A stretch of 64,000 bases of DNA, taken from the NCBI GenBank assembly GCA_963711895.1, contig CAVQFU010000007.1:270506-334505 (forward strand), read 5' to 3'. The position numbers and the translations under genes were made by a program. This document shows positions 29,061 through 40,288 of the stretch, piece by piece; position 1 is the first letter of the stretch; each line of letters opens with the position of its first letter. Source of the DNA: an uncultured Acidobacteriota bacterium. GTDB lineage: Bacteria; Actinomycetota; Acidimicrobiia; Spongiisociales; ZC4RG35. Below the pieces are notes generated by a model that saw only the letters and a list, made by a program, of their open reading frames with translations, did not search any database and was not told where the DNA came from.

Positions 29061-30491
29061 ATGGTGGAGATCAGGAATGCACCCGAAGAACTCGACCTGA
29101 CCGACGCAACCTTGATCGTCGGAATGCTGGCCGAGAACGAGCCCGCCCCCGGTGCCGAGGAGGCCTATGCCGGCGCCGACCCGGCCCTGTTCGAACTGGC
29201 CAAGTTCGAAGGGAAGACCGGACAGGCGCTCAACTTGCCCCATACCGAGGCGAAGGCGGTCGTCTTCGTCGGTCTCGGCGACGAGGCGAGCTTCGAGACG
29301 ATCAGGAGCGGGATCGGGAACGCGGTCCGCCTCGTCAAGACGGAGCGTGCTGTGACCAACCTCAACCAGATCCCAGTCGATGGCGCGACCAGGGCGGTTG
29401 TCGAAGGCGCCGCCCTCGGCGGTTACCAGTTCAGGGTCTACAAGACGGAGGGAGAGGGCCTGTCCATCGAGACCCTCGAGTTGATCGACGGTGACGAGGA
29501 AGCGCTCTCCGAGACGGTGGTCACCACCGAGGCCACCAACCTCGCCAGGGATTGGGTCAACACCCCAGCACTGGACAAGGCGCCAGAGACGCTGGCCGAA
29601 ACCATGAGGGAAGCGGCCGAGAGCGCCGGACTCTCAGTCGAGGTGTGGGACGAAGATCGAATCGTCTCCGAGAAGCTGGGCGCTCTCTTAGGTGTGGCCG
29701 CCGGCTCGGACCGGCCGCCACGGCTCGTTGTGGTCGAGCACCAGCCGGACACAGCCGGAGCTCATCTCGGACTGGTGGGGAAGGGCATCACATTCGACTC
29801 GGGTGGTCTCTCGATCAAGACAGCCCAATACATGGAAGAGATGAAGGACGACATGTCAGGCGCTGCTGTGGTCATCGCGGCAACTATCGCGATCGCACGT
29901 CTCGGGCTCCCGATTCGGGTGACAACGGTTGTGCCCCTCACCGATAACGCTGTGGGCGGGAAGGCGACGCGACCCGGTGATGTCCTCAGGCCAGTGGCCG
30001 GCCCCACGATCGAGGTCCTCAACACGGACGCCGAGGGTCGGCTGATCCTCGCCGACGGACTGGGAGTAGTTCGACGGTACGAGCCGGATCTCATCATCGA
30101 TGTGGCTACCTTGACCGGCGCTGCCCACGTGGCACTCGGCGACAAGATCGCCGCGGTGTTCGGTTCGGACTCCGAAGTGTCGACACAGGTCCTGGAGGCG
30201 GCTTCCCGTGCCGGGGAGCATTTCTGGGAGTTGCCCCTGTTCAAGGACTACAAGAAGTCGATCGAATCGGACATCGCCGATCTCAAGAACATCTCGGGTG
30301 GCCGCTACGGGGGCGCCATCACAGCCGCGCTGTTCCTGTCGAGTTATGTCGACGATGAGAAGTGGGCGCACCTCGACATCGCCGGGCCGGCCCGAACGAG
30401 GGAGACCTCCGGCGAGCATGTCAAAGGCGCCTCGGGCGTTGGCGTTCGCACTCTCGTCGAGTTGGCTCGCTCGTTGGTCGCGGCCAGCTAA
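29061..30491 (+). CDS. pepA: Leucyl aminopeptidase (M17)
   Basis: GKGITFDSGGLSIK, NTDAEGRLILAD and ATLTGA motifs are present. Confidence 0.9.
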   Translation: MVEIRNAPEELDLTDATLIVGMLAENEPAPGAEEAYAGADPALFELAKFEGKTGQALNLPHTEAKAVVFVGLGDEASFETIRSGIGNAVRLVKTERAVTNLNQIPVDGATRAVVEGAALGGYQFRVYKTEGEGLSIETLELIDGDEEALSETVVTTEATNLARDWVNTPALDKAPETLAETMREAAESAGLSVEVWDEDRIVSEKLGALLGVAAGSDRPPRLVVVEHQPDTAGAHLGLVGKGITFDSGGLSIKTAQYMEEMKDDMSGAAVVIAATIAIARLGLPIRVTTVVPLTDNAVGGKATRPGDVLRPVAGPTIEVLNTDAEGRLILADGLGVVRRYEPDLIIDVATLTGAAHVALGDKIAAVFGSDSEVSTQVLEAASRAGEHFWELPLFKDYKKSIESDIADLKNISGGRYGGAITAALFLSSYVDDEKWAHLDIAGPARTRETSGEHVKGASGVGVRTLVELARSLVAAS

Positions 30492-30521
30492 AGCGGCCGC
30501 CGTTTCCTAGCATCTCCACCG

Positions 30522-31802
30522 ATGCGCAGACGCTTCCTGATTCGCTCCGCCCTGTCCGACTTGCTCGCGCTGGCCGTTGCCATGGTGGCGGGATCGCTCT
30601 ACGTGTTCGGGACCGTCCTCCCGTGGAATTCGATCCGGGGCACCGAGGTCATCCCGATGGTCGTCTATTTGACGCTGTCCATGATTCTGTTCTCGTTTCT
30701 CACGGCGCAGATGTCAGGGCCCGGGGTCCCCCGTCCCACCTATGGGCGGATGTTTGCCATCTTTCTCGGCACGGGCGGGCTGACCGCATTGCTCCTTCTC
30801 TTCAGTCGCGACTACTTCTCGAGATCCTTCTTGCTGGTAACCGCCGTCTCCTGGCTGGTGTTGGCCACCGCTCATCGAATGGTGAGACGCCGAAGACCGT
30901 GGACCGAGAGGATTGCGGTCATAACCGGCGAGAAGCAGCTCGCCGAGGACCTGGTCGATTCCCCTCATGCCGACGTGGTGTGGGTGCTCGACCCGAAGTC
31001 GGAGAGCGTCCCGGACCTTCCGGACCGGGATGTGACCATGTCGGTCGATCTGAAGCTGGTGCTCTCGGAGCGGGTCGCTCAGTTCCTGTCTTCCTGTGAC
31101 GTCGCCGGTTACACGATCCGGCCATTCACTTCGACCTACGAAGAGCACACCGGGCGTGTGCCTCTGGTCCATCTTGCCGAAGGCTGGGAGATCTCCGCCC
31201 CGCTACTCGAGGTGGCGCCATGGCTTCCCGGCAAGCGAGCCGTCGAGACTGTTGCAGCGGTGGTGACGGCTCCACTTTGGATGCCCATCGGCCTCCTGGT
31301 CGCGGCATACATTCGCTTGACCTCTCGGGGGCCGGCACTTTTCAGACAGGAGAGGACCGGTTTCGGGGGCGCGCCTTTCACGATGTACAAATTCAGGACC
31401 ATGGACGAAGACGCCGAGAAGGACGGTCCCAGCTTCGCCAGCGAGGGTGATCACCGTGTAGTACGCGGCGGGAGGTTCCTTCGCAAGTCGCGTCTCGACG
31501 AGATCCCACAACTCTTGAACGTGCTCAAGGGGGAGATGAGCCTGGTCGGCCCACGTGCCGAGCAAGTCCCTTTTGCGGAGGCCTTCCGGCAGCAGATCCC
31601 CTTCTACGAGCACCGTCATCTCGTTCGCCCCGGGATCACGGGGTGGGCTCAGGTCAACTATGGATATGCCGACGATCAAGCGGACACGATCGAGAAGCTG
31701 ACCTACGACCTCTATTACATCAAGCACATGTCCCCGGTGATGGATCTCCGCGTGCTCTGGAAGAGCGTCTGGACGGTCCTTACCGGGGCCGGTGCACGTT
31801 GA
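30522..31802 (+). CDS. Polyprenyl-phosphate sugar-phosphate transferase (bacterial sugar transferase, WbaP/CpsE-like priming enzyme)
   Basis: N-terminal TM helices are followed by the C-terminal motif [24 protein letters not shown]...[21 protein letters not shown]. Confidence 0.85.
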   Translation: MRRRFLIRSALSDLLALAVAMVAGSLYVFGTVLPWNSIRGTEVIPMVVYLTLSMILFSFLTAQMSGPGVPRPTYGRMFAIFLGTGGLTALLLLFSRDYFSRSFLLVTAVSWLVLATAHRMVRRRRPWTERIAVITGEKQLAEDLVDSPHADVVWVLDPKSESVPDLPDRDVTMSVDLKLVLSERVAQFLSSCDVAGYTIRPFTSTYEEHTGRVPLVHLAEGWEISAPLLEVAPWLPGKRAVETVAAVVTAPLWMPIGLLVAAYIRLTSRGPALFRQERTGFGGAPFTMYKFRTMDEDAEKDGPSFASEGDHRVVRGGRFLRKSRLDEIPQLLNVLKGEMSLVGPRAEQVPFAEAFRQQIPFYEHRHLVRPGITGWAQVNYGYADDQADTIEKLTYDLYYIKHMSPVMDLRVLWKSVWTVLTGAGAR

Positions 31803-33033
31803 GCGCCACCCAGTGCTAGAAGCCGAACGAAGAGGGTTCAAGGCACCGGGGACCACCTTCATGGTCGCCGGCGGGTTGATCGGGGCGGTCGGCGCCTACA
31901 TCTTCCAGGCCTACGGAGGCCGTCAGCTCGGCACCGAAGCCTTCGCGCCCGTTGCCCAGCTATGGACGGTGTTCTTCATCATCGCCACCGTGCTGCTGGT
32001 CCCCTTGGAGCAATACATCACCCGCGAGGTGGCCGGGGGCCGAAAAGTGATACCGGGGGACCTGGTGCCCGCGATGACCGTGACTGCTATCGGGGCAGTT
32101 GTAGGTGGCGGGTTCGTGCTATTCACCTTGGATCGGCTGTTTGGCGGGAGCTTCCAATATGTGATTCAGATCGTGCTCCTCATGATCGGCTACGGATTGC
32201 TCTTCGTCGGCAAGGGCGTCTACGCCGGTCGTCGCCAGTTCGCCAAGGTGGGATGGGTCCTGATCGTCGAGACCGTTGTGCGGCTGGCGGCAGGCATCGC
32301 CGCCATCCAACTCGCCGGCACGGCGGAGTCTTTGGGCTGGGCGATGGTGCTTGGCGGATTCGCGGTCCTCGGGATGGGCTGGTGGCGTTACGACCTGGGA
32401 CACACCCGACCCCCGGCTGCACCGGCAACTCGCTTCCTGGGTGGTTATGTCGGCGGCACCGCCTCGTCGCAAGTCCTTTTGGGCGCAGCCCCGGTCGCGG
32501 TCGCCCTCCTGGGGGGAGACGAGGTGATCCAATCCGTGATCTTCGCCACCTTCACTCTGTTCCGGGCCCCGCTGACCCTGATCTTCTCACTCCAGGGGCG
32601 GGTTCTTCCCTATCTCGTGGGAATGGCCCAGGCCGGAGACCGCAAGGGGCTCGCTCAGATTGCCCGGCTGGTCGTGATCGGTGGGGTTGTGCTGGCCGGC
32701 CTGGGCGCGCTCGTTGGCTGGTTGGTCGGGCCGGAGATCGTCAGCTTTCTCTTCATCCCAGAGTTCGCTCCGTCTGCGACGGTGGCCGCCCTCACCGCCG
32801 CTGGTGTGACGGCAGCGGCCACGGCCCAGATCGCCGGCCAAGTCCTGGTGGCCGAAGGACGAACGTCGCGACTCTCCATCGCCTGGATCTCCGGCCTCGC
32901 ATCCGCAGTGCTGGCGCTGGCGCTCCTCGGGGGTGCCCCCGACGTTCGGGTTGCCCTTGCTTTCCTCATCGGTGAGACCGTCGCCCTGGTGGCCATGGCA
33001 CTCCTGGCAACCGGTGGCCCGGTTATCAAGTAA
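31792..33033 (+). CDS. Wzx-like polysaccharide flippase (MOP superfamily), intact paralog of 16021..17279
   Basis: A 413-aa polytopic ORF that is collinear by eye with the 16021 gene. Its start (GTG 31792 or 31813) overlaps the end of the priming transferase gene. Confidence 0.7.
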   Translation: MHVERHPVLEAERRGFKAPGTTFMVAGGLIGAVGAYIFQAYGGRQLGTEAFAPVAQLWTVFFIIATVLLVPLEQYITREVAGGRKVIPGDLVPAMTVTAIGAVVGGGFVLFTLDRLFGGSFQYVIQIVLLMIGYGLLFVGKGVYAGRRQFAKVGWVLIVETVVRLAAGIAAIQLAGTAESLGWAMVLGGFAVLGMGWWRYDLGHTRPPAAPATRFLGGYVGGTASSQVLLGAAPVAVALLGGDEVIQSVIFATFTLFRAPLTLIFSLQGRVLPYLVGMAQAGDRKGLAQIARLVVIGGVVLAGLGALVGWLVGPEIVSFLFIPEFAPSATVAALTAAGVTAAATAQIAGQVLVAEGRTSRLSIAWISGLASAVLALALLGGAPDVRVALAFLIGETVALVAMALLATGGPVIK

Positions 33034-33436
33034 CCCATCTGGCGTGTTCGGCTCCGAGACTGGGCGGGAATCTCCAACGCATCTCCACCGGGACCACGGG
33101 GATGTGATCGAAAACCACCAGCCCCGAGGTCTCTGCCTTGACCAGGCCGATGCGAAGCAAGATCGGGAGGGTCCTGGGCAGCCGCACCCCCTCCCCCTTC
33201 TCGGCCGCCCGAACCAGGCGAAGCAGTTCGGCAACGGCACTCGAGCCGATTGCGGCCACCCAGAACCTCCTCACATAGGGGTCCGACGGCTCGAACCCAC
33301 CACGACGAGGCTCCAGCCGGACCGGGACCACCGGCCGGACCCTCGCCGTTGGCCGGACCGAAGTGCCCGAGGGCCCCACGGTGCGCAGATGCGGAGGACG
33401 AGCAGTCTGGCCACCCCCGGGCACTTCGGTTCTCAT
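33026..33436 (-). CDS. Hypothetical protein with a possible winged-helix-like C-terminal half
   Basis: A 136-aa ORF. Only the segment RRFWVAAIGSSAVAELLRLVRAAEKGEGVRLPRTLPILLRIGLVKAE looks protein-like, and the N-terminal third is Arg/Pro-rich. A relatively AT-rich stretch precedes it on the minus strand. Confidence 0.3.
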   Translation of the reverse strand: MRTEVPGGGQTARPPHLRTVGPSGTSVRPTARVRPVVPVRLEPRRGGFEPSDPYVRRFWVAAIGSSAVAELLRLVRAAEKGEGVRLPRTLPILLRIGLVKAETSGLVVFDHIPVVPVEMRWRFPPSLGAEHARWVT

Positions 33437-33546
33437 CCGTTGAGATCTACCAGCGAATGTAAAACAACGTCAAGGGTCATAAACGCGAGTCGCGAAACAA
33501 TTGCTCGGAAGACGTCGGGATTCCTAGGGTCCTGCCGCACTGGAAG

Positions 33547-33566
33547 CGCTCAGATCGGGCTGAGCG
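33547..33566 (-). terminator. Candidate stem-loop just downstream of the PBP stop codon
   Basis: cgctcag (33547-33553) and ctgagcg (33560-33566) form a 7-bp stem with a 6-nt loop. No U-tract follows. Confidence 0.3.
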
Positions 33567-33571
33567 GCTCG

Positions 33572-36163
33572 CTAGTCGTCGTCGATTGTGGTCGTCGGCG
33601 CCGAGGGTGGGGGGGCCGCACCTTGGGCGACTCCAACCAGGGCGACGACATCGACCGCACCCTGCACGGCAGTCGCCGGCGGCGGGTTGGTCGTCAGAAT
33701 GCGCCCGATCATTGCAGGGTCGGCGGTCGCGGTGTTCTGCTGGATGAGGTTGACCCTGACCCCGGTGTCCAACTCGAAAGAGCGCACGATCTCGATGGCC
33801 TCTTCGAAGGTCAGTCCGCTGAGATTCGGGAGGGCGCCCACCGGTATCTCCCCGGTCGACACATAGATGGTGACGAAGGAGCCCTGACGCACGGTTGCCC
33901 CTCCGGCCACCGACTGGTTGACCACTATGCCGGCTGGCTCGAGCGATGGAACCGGTTCGACGGTCGCGTTGAGCTTGGCCTCACGCAACTCCGCCTCGGC
34001 GTCGCTCTCCGTGAGCCCGATGACATTGGGCACCGTGGTGGGCGGCGGGATCAGCCATTTGTCGATGTTGCCCGGCTCCGGAGGGAAGTCGGTCACGGGC
34101 AGCCCGGCATGGACATACGCCATGAACTCGGCCCAGATCGGCGCCGGGACCGAGCCACCGAAGACGCGGTCGTAATTCTGGCCATTGATCACGACGTTGG
34201 TCAGGGGCACCTGCTGTGCTTCGTAACCGACCCAGACTGCCGTGCTGTATTCAGGGGTGTAGCCGACGTACCACGCATCGAGATAGCTCTGGTGGGTGCC
34301 GGTCTTGCCTCCCTGCGGGATGCCGATGTTGGCCCGGGGGGCAGTCCCGGAGACCGGGACGACCTTGAGGGCACGGTTGGCGGCAGCGAAGATCGCGGGG
34401 TCGGCGACCTGGGTCGTCTCTGGCTGGTGCTCGTAGATCGTCTCTCCGGCACCGTTGACGATCTTGGCGACGATGTAGTCGTCGGCGTGCATCCCGTATG
34501 TGGCGAAGTTCGAAAAAGCGTTGGCCATCTCCTTGGTGCTCACTGCCGAGCTGCCGAGGACGATGGAGAGCACCGGGTCCAGGGCCGACTCGTCGACGCC
34601 CATGCGTTTGGCAACGTCGACCACTTTCTCCGGTCCGACCTCGAGCGACAACTGGGCATAGACGGCGTTCACCGAGTTGTAGGTGGCCTCGGCGAGGTCG
34701 ATGACCCCGAACGAGGCGCCGGCATTGCGAACGGTCCAGATGTTGGAGCCGTTGGGGGCACAAGGGAACGGGCACTCGATCTCGATCGGGCTCTTGCCGC
34801 TCCAGCTGTGGCCCATGGTGTAACCGTTCTCCAGGGCAGCGATGAGACCGAATGGCTTGAAGGACGATCCGGGGTTCCTGCGGCCCTGTACTGCGAGGTC
34901 GAACTGGGAGAACTCAAAGGGGAGGCCGGAAGCCATGACCTTCACGGCGCCGGTCCAGTTGTCGGTCATCGTCATGGCCCCTGTCGGGACACATGAGTGG
35001 GTCTCGGCATAGCGGGCGAGGTAGTCATCGGTCTCGTCGGGAAGAACCTCACGGCAATGGGCGAGGTTTTCCTCGTAAGGCGGCAAGGGGAGCCAGGCGG
35101 TCAGGATCTCGTTGGCCTTGTTCTGCAGCTCGAGGTCGATGGTGGTGAAGACCTGAAGACCACCTCCGCCTTCACAGGCGACGTCGTCGGCCGGACAGCC
35201 GAACACGGCCTGCTTTCGCTCCTCGGGGGACGAGCCCAGGAAGTCGAACTCGGGATCGTTCAACAACTGCCGCTTGACCTCGGCGACCACGTGGTCGGCC
35301 AGACCCCGTCGGAGGGGCGCCTCGATGACGCCGATGGGCTCGTCGGTTGCGGCATTGGCCTGAGCCTCGGTCACCCACCCGTTCTCCTGCATCTCCCGGA
35401 TGACCTCGTCACGCCGATCCAGAGTCAGCTCCGGGCGATTGCGCGGGTTGTACAGCGAGGGGTTGCGCACCATGACGGCCAGCGTCGCCGATTCGGCGAC
35501 TGTGAGCTGGTCCATCGGCTTGTTGAAGAACTCCTCGGATGCGGTCTTGACGCCATAGGCCCCCGCCCCGAAGTAGACCGAGTTCATATAGAACTCGAGG
35601 ATCCGCTCCTTGGGGAACCGTCGTTCCACCTCGGCAGAGACGAAAGCCTCGGTGATCTTGCGCTGGATGCTCACCTCGGTTCCGACGAAGGCGTTCTTGA
35701 CGACCTGTTGGGTGATGGTCGAGCCGCCACGGGTGCGGTCAGTGATCAGGTTGTCGACGGCGGCCGAGACGATGGCCGAGAAGTCGATGCCCTCGTGCTC
35801 GAAGAACTCGCTGTCTTCGGCGGCCAGGATGGCGTAGACCAGGGTCTCGGGCACATCCTCATAGGCCACCGGCTCGGAGTTACGACCATCGTGGAGCTCG
35901 GCGAGAACCTCGCCCGAGTCGGCGTAGATACGGCTGACACGGCTCAGGTCGGGAAGGGTGAGCTCCATCGACTTGGTGTCGGGCACCCATTCGTTCTTCA
36001 CGCCCTCGAAGGTGCCGTATGCCGAGTTGGCGCCGAGAAATGCGAAGAGCCCCACCCATCCGGAGAGGAGCAGGGAGATCGATATGAGCGTGGCAAGGGC
36101 GCCGAACCATCGGCCGCGCCGTTCCCGCGCCTCGATTTGGTGGATCAGCGCTTTTCTGGCCAT
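33572..36163 (-). CDS. ponA: Class A penicillin-binding protein (GT51 transglycosylase plus transpeptidase) with two C-terminal PASTA-like repeats and a Pro-rich tail
   Basis: [13 protein letters not shown] and [13 protein letters not shown] are GT51 motifs, followed by a transpeptidase region. The PASTA-like segments are [16 protein letters not shown]... and [16 protein letters not shown].... Confidence 0.9.
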   Translation of the reverse strand: MARKALIHQIEARERRGRWFGALATLISISLLLSGWVGLFAFLGANSAYGTFEGVKNEWVPDTKSMELTLPDLSRVSRIYADSGEVLAELHDGRNSEPVAYEDVPETLVYAILAAEDSEFFEHEGIDFSAIVSAAVDNLITDRTRGGSTITQQVVKNAFVGTEVSIQRKITEAFVSAEVERRFPKERILEFYMNSVYFGAGAYGVKTASEEFFNKPMDQLTVAESATLAVMVRNPSLYNPRNRPELTLDRRDEVIREMQENGWVTEAQANAATDEPIGVIEAPLRRGLADHVVAEVKRQLLNDPEFDFLGSSPEERKQAVFGCPADDVACEGGGGLQVFTTIDLELQNKANEILTAWLPLPPYEENLAHCREVLPDETDDYLARYAETHSCVPTGAMTMTDNWTGAVKVMASGLPFEFSQFDLAVQGRRNPGSSFKPFGLIAALENGYTMGHSWSGKSPIEIECPFPCAPNGSNIWTVRNAGASFGVIDLAEATYNSVNAVYAQLSLEVGPEKVVDVAKRMGVDESALDPVLSIVLGSSAVSTKEMANAFSNFATYGMHADDYIVAKIVNGAGETIYEHQPETTQVADPAIFAAANRALKVVPVSGTAPRANIGIPQGGKTGTHQSYLDAWYVGYTPEYSTAVWVGYEAQQVPLTNVVINGQNYDRVFGGSVPAPIWAEFMAYVHAGLPVTDFPPEPGNIDKWLIPPPTTVPNVIGLTESDAEAELREAKLNATVEPVPSLEPAGIVVNQSVAGGATVRQGSFVTIYVSTGEIPVGALPNLSGLTFEEAIEIVRSFELDTGVRVNLIQQNTATADPAMIGRILTTNPPPATAVQGAVDVVALVGVAQGAAPPPSAPTTTIDDD

Positions 36164-36240
36164 TGAGAGAGATGGACGTCGTTGAGGTCCTGGGAGTTCC
36201 CCACCTACACCGAAGGGAACGATGCAAGGATACCCGGTAC

Positions 36241-37803
<1,563 letters not shown>

Positions 37804-37818
37804 AAGAGCGGGAATGAG

Positions 37819-39177
37819 ATGAGCGACACGCGAAGACATCTGGTCATCATGGGGGGAGGCCCAGCCGGCACCCAGGCTGCCACCACGGCAGCCTCTAAAG
37901 GCGGGCGCGTCACCCTCATCGAGAAGGAGATCGTCGGTGGGGCGGCCCATCTCTGGGACTGCATTCCCTCGAAGACGATGGCCGCCGCCGCCCTGCGCCA
38001 CACATCGGTACGCAATGCCGCCAAGCTCGGGCTCGCAACCGAGCCGACCCGGGTGGACACCGGTGTGCTGTCAGGGCGGATCAAGGCGATCACCGGGGAC
38101 ATCAATCGCAACTGGTTGGAGCTACTCGAGTCACAGTCGGTGGAAGTGATCTACGGCCAGGGCCGGTTCGTATCGGATCGGGAGGTCCTGATCGAGACGG
38201 AGTCGGGGGAGCGTCGGGTCGGATTCGACCGGGCGATGGTCTCCACCGGCTCGGCGCCCCGCGTTCCCGAATGGGCCCCGGTGGACGGGGAGAGGGTGCT
38301 CACGACTCGGGACTGTTACGACATGGTCGACGTCCCCGAACACATGGTCATCATCGGGTCCGGGGTCACGGGCGTTGAATTCACCCACATCTTCGAGAGC
38401 CTCGGATCGAAGGTGAGCCTTGTCGTGTCGCGTCGCCAGATCCTTCCCCATCGCGATGCCGAAGTCGCTGCGGTCCTCGAAGAGGACTTCCTGGAGCGAG
38501 GCGTTCATCTCGCCATCGGAGCGCGTGCGGAGAAGATCGACCTCGATGGATCCGGTGTCTCCGTTTTCTGTGATGACGGGCGGGTGCTGCATGGCTCCCA
38601 CGCCCTGCTGGCCGTCGGATCCATCCCCCTCACCGATGGCCTCGATCTCGAGGCAGCCGGTGTCGCGGCCACGGATGGCTACATCGAGGTGGACGAGTTT
38701 CAGCGCACGTCGGTCCCGCACATCTATGCGGCGGGCGATGTCACCGGTCAGATGCCCCTCTCGTCGGTGGCCTCCATGCAGGGGCGGAAAATCGCCCGTC
38801 ACGCCCTCGACCTCCCGGTGACGCCTCTCGACTACTCGAAGGTCGCCGAGGCCATATTCACCGAGCCCGAGATCGCCTCGGTAGGGCTCGTCGACGTGGA
38901 GGCTGCGGCACAGGGCCGCAAGGTGCGCACGATGAAGGTGCCATTCGCCTCCAACGCTCGTTCCGTGCTCCAGCACTTCACCAGGGGCTTCGTCAAGCTG
39001 ACCTCCGACCCCGCGACGGGTGTGGTGCTGGGCGGGACCATCGTTGGCCACCGCGCCTCCGAGCTGATAGGTGTCCTCACCCTCGCCGTCCAGGCGGACG
39101 TGACCGTCAAGGAGCTGGTGGAGACCCTCATGGTCCACCCCTCGATGACGGAAGCCATCTCCGACGCTGCTGAATAG
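37819..39177 (+). CDS. LpdA-type flavoprotein (pyridine nucleotide-disulfide oxidoreductase family) lacking the CxxxxC redox disulfide, a likely NAD(P)H-quinone reductase type
   Basis: LVIMGGGPAGTQAA is a FAD-binding motif. GGAAHLWDCIPSK replaces the canonical GGTCLNVGCIPSK, leaving only one Cys. A second Rossmann motif is IIGSGVTGVEF, and a C-terminal dimerisation domain is present. Confidence 0.75.
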   Translation: MSDTRRHLVIMGGGPAGTQAATTAASKGGRVTLIEKEIVGGAAHLWDCIPSKTMAAAALRHTSVRNAAKLGLATEPTRVDTGVLSGRIKAITGDINRNWLELLESQSVEVIYGQGRFVSDREVLIETESGERRVGFDRAMVSTGSAPRVPEWAPVDGERVLTTRDCYDMVDVPEHMVIIGSGVTGVEFTHIFESLGSKVSLVVSRRQILPHRDAEVAAVLEEDFLERGVHLAIGARAEKIDLDGSGVSVFCDDGRVLHGSHALLAVGSIPLTDGLDLEAAGVAATDGYIEVDEFQRTSVPHIYAAGDVTGQMPLSSVASMQGRKIARHALDLPVTPLDYSKVAEAIFTEPEIASVGLVDVEAAAQGRKVRTMKVPFASNARSVLQHFTRGFVKLTSDPATGVVLGGTIVGHRASELIGVLTLAVQADVTVKELVETLMVHPSMTEAISDAAE

Positions 39178-39192
39178 ACGCTCTTCGCTTGG

Positions 39193-39242
39193 CCGCGAAC
39201 CCAGGGTTCCAGCCACCGCTAGGCGAAGTCCAGCGCCCTGAG
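39193..39242. repeat. Left arm of a ~50-bp imperfect inverted repeat flanking the DUF559 gene
   Basis: ccgcgaacccagggttccagccaccgctaggcgaagtccagcgccctgag matches the reverse complement of 40233-40282 at 43 of 51 aligned positions by eye. Confidence 0.75.
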
Positions 39243-39259
39243 TTTGGCGGCGTCGAGGG

Positions 39260-40171
39260 TCAGTTGGCGATCCGGCGATCGCGAAGCAAGAGGCGCACCG
39301 CCTCCACGATCTCATGGGGCCTCTCCGTCACCTCTTCCCAGGTGAAACGCAACACGACCCATCCGTGAGCCGCCGCCTCTCTGTCACGCCGACGGTCTGT
39401 AACCATGGCGGCTCGTTGCTCGTGCCAGGCCCGCGAATCCCATTCGATGGCAACCCTTTCCTCCGGATAGGCGTCATCGAAACGACCTCCCGGTTGCCAC
39501 GGGATCGGGTGCTCGGGAAGAGGTGGAGGTAGTCGTGCCTGAGCAAGCACGTCGCGGGCCTTGCGCTCGAGGATCGTCGCCTGCGGATCGTGCCCTGCTC
39601 GCCCCTCGAGGAAATCGTGCGCATGTCGACTTCCGGGTTTCCCTCGTCTGGCCAGTCGCAGAGTCAGGTCCTCGAAAGAGGCGAGCTCCATCTTCGTGGC
39701 GATGACGAGCGACTCGCCAATTGCGTCCCAATGCTTGAACCGCAGGAGACCACCCAGGTCGAAGAAGGTGCGGACCACGTTGGTGACCGCCAATCCATCC
39801 ACCACCACGATGTCGGACTCGAAGAGATCACTGCAGCGTCTCACGATGACTCCCGGGAACAGATGGGTGGTGTGACTGGGCACGACGACCGTGGGCACCA
39901 GCTCGGGCAGTTTGGGGAATCGCAGCATGTGGGCTGCCGATTGATGCGAGACGACGGCCTTGGGGAGACGCAGGAGTGCTCCCCGGAGAAGATCGACGAA
40001 GTCCTTCGAGGGTATGACCATGTAGACCCCGGCGGCGGCCGGGGTGAAGTCGCCTGCACTCACTCTCCGGTCGATGGCGCTTAAGGAGAGACCTTGTGCG
40101 ACTAGTTGGTCCCGCCTCACGTACCCACCTTGGTTTGCGGCGAGATCGAGTACGTGTCTGGGAATGGCCAT
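39260..40171 (-). CDS. AbiEi_4-like N-terminal domain plus a DUF559 (Vsr-like endonuclease fold) protein
   Basis: The N-terminus has GGYVRRDQLVAQGLSLSAIDRRV. The C-terminus has RFDDAYPEERVAIEWDSRAWHEQRAAMVTDRRRDREAAAHGWVVLRFTWEEV, the typical DUF559 signature. Confidence 0.75.
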   Translation of the reverse strand: MAIPRHVLDLAANQGGYVRRDQLVAQGLSLSAIDRRVSAGDFTPAAAGVYMVIPSKDFVDLLRGALLRLPKAVVSHQSAAHMLRFPKLPELVPTVVVPSHTTHLFPGVIVRRCSDLFESDIVVVDGLAVTNVVRTFFDLGGLLRFKHWDAIGESLVIATKMELASFEDLTLRLARRGKPGSRHAHDFLEGRAGHDPQATILERKARDVLAQARLPPPLPEHPIPWQPGGRFDDAYPEERVAIEWDSRAWHEQRAAMVTDRRRDREAAAHGWVVLRFTWEEVTERPHEIVEAVRLLLRDRRIAN

Positions 40172-40232
40172 CTGTAAAAGATGGCGGAGCGAATCGTCCG
40201 ATGAAACCCCCTTGCGCAGCCCGGCTTGCGAT

Positions 40233-40282
40233 CTCGGGGCGCCGCACTTCGCTGAGCGGTGGCTGCAACCCAGGGTTCGCGG
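40233..40282. repeat. Right arm of the ~50-bp inverted repeat flanking the DUF559 gene
   Basis: Its reverse complement ccgcgaaccctgggttgcagccaccgctcagcgaagtgcggcgccccgag pairs with 39193-39242. It ends 6 nt before the stop of the biotin carboxylase gene. Confidence 0.75.
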
Positions 40283-40288
40283 AAGTCC

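Noticed and set aside
32933-36166. Two very long plus-strand track ORFs (687 aa at 32933..34996 and 389 aa at 34997..36166).
   Set aside because: Both are antisense to the clearly recognisable PBP gene (33572..36163). Their products are Arg/Gly/Asp/His-rich low-complexity sequence with no motifs. These are typical high-GC shadow ORFs.
39193-40282. Calling the inverted-repeat-flanked cassette an insertion sequence.
   Set aside because: There is no transposase or integrase. I could not see a target-site duplication, and the repeat arms could equally be halves of a split terminator hairpin. I report it as an observation only.
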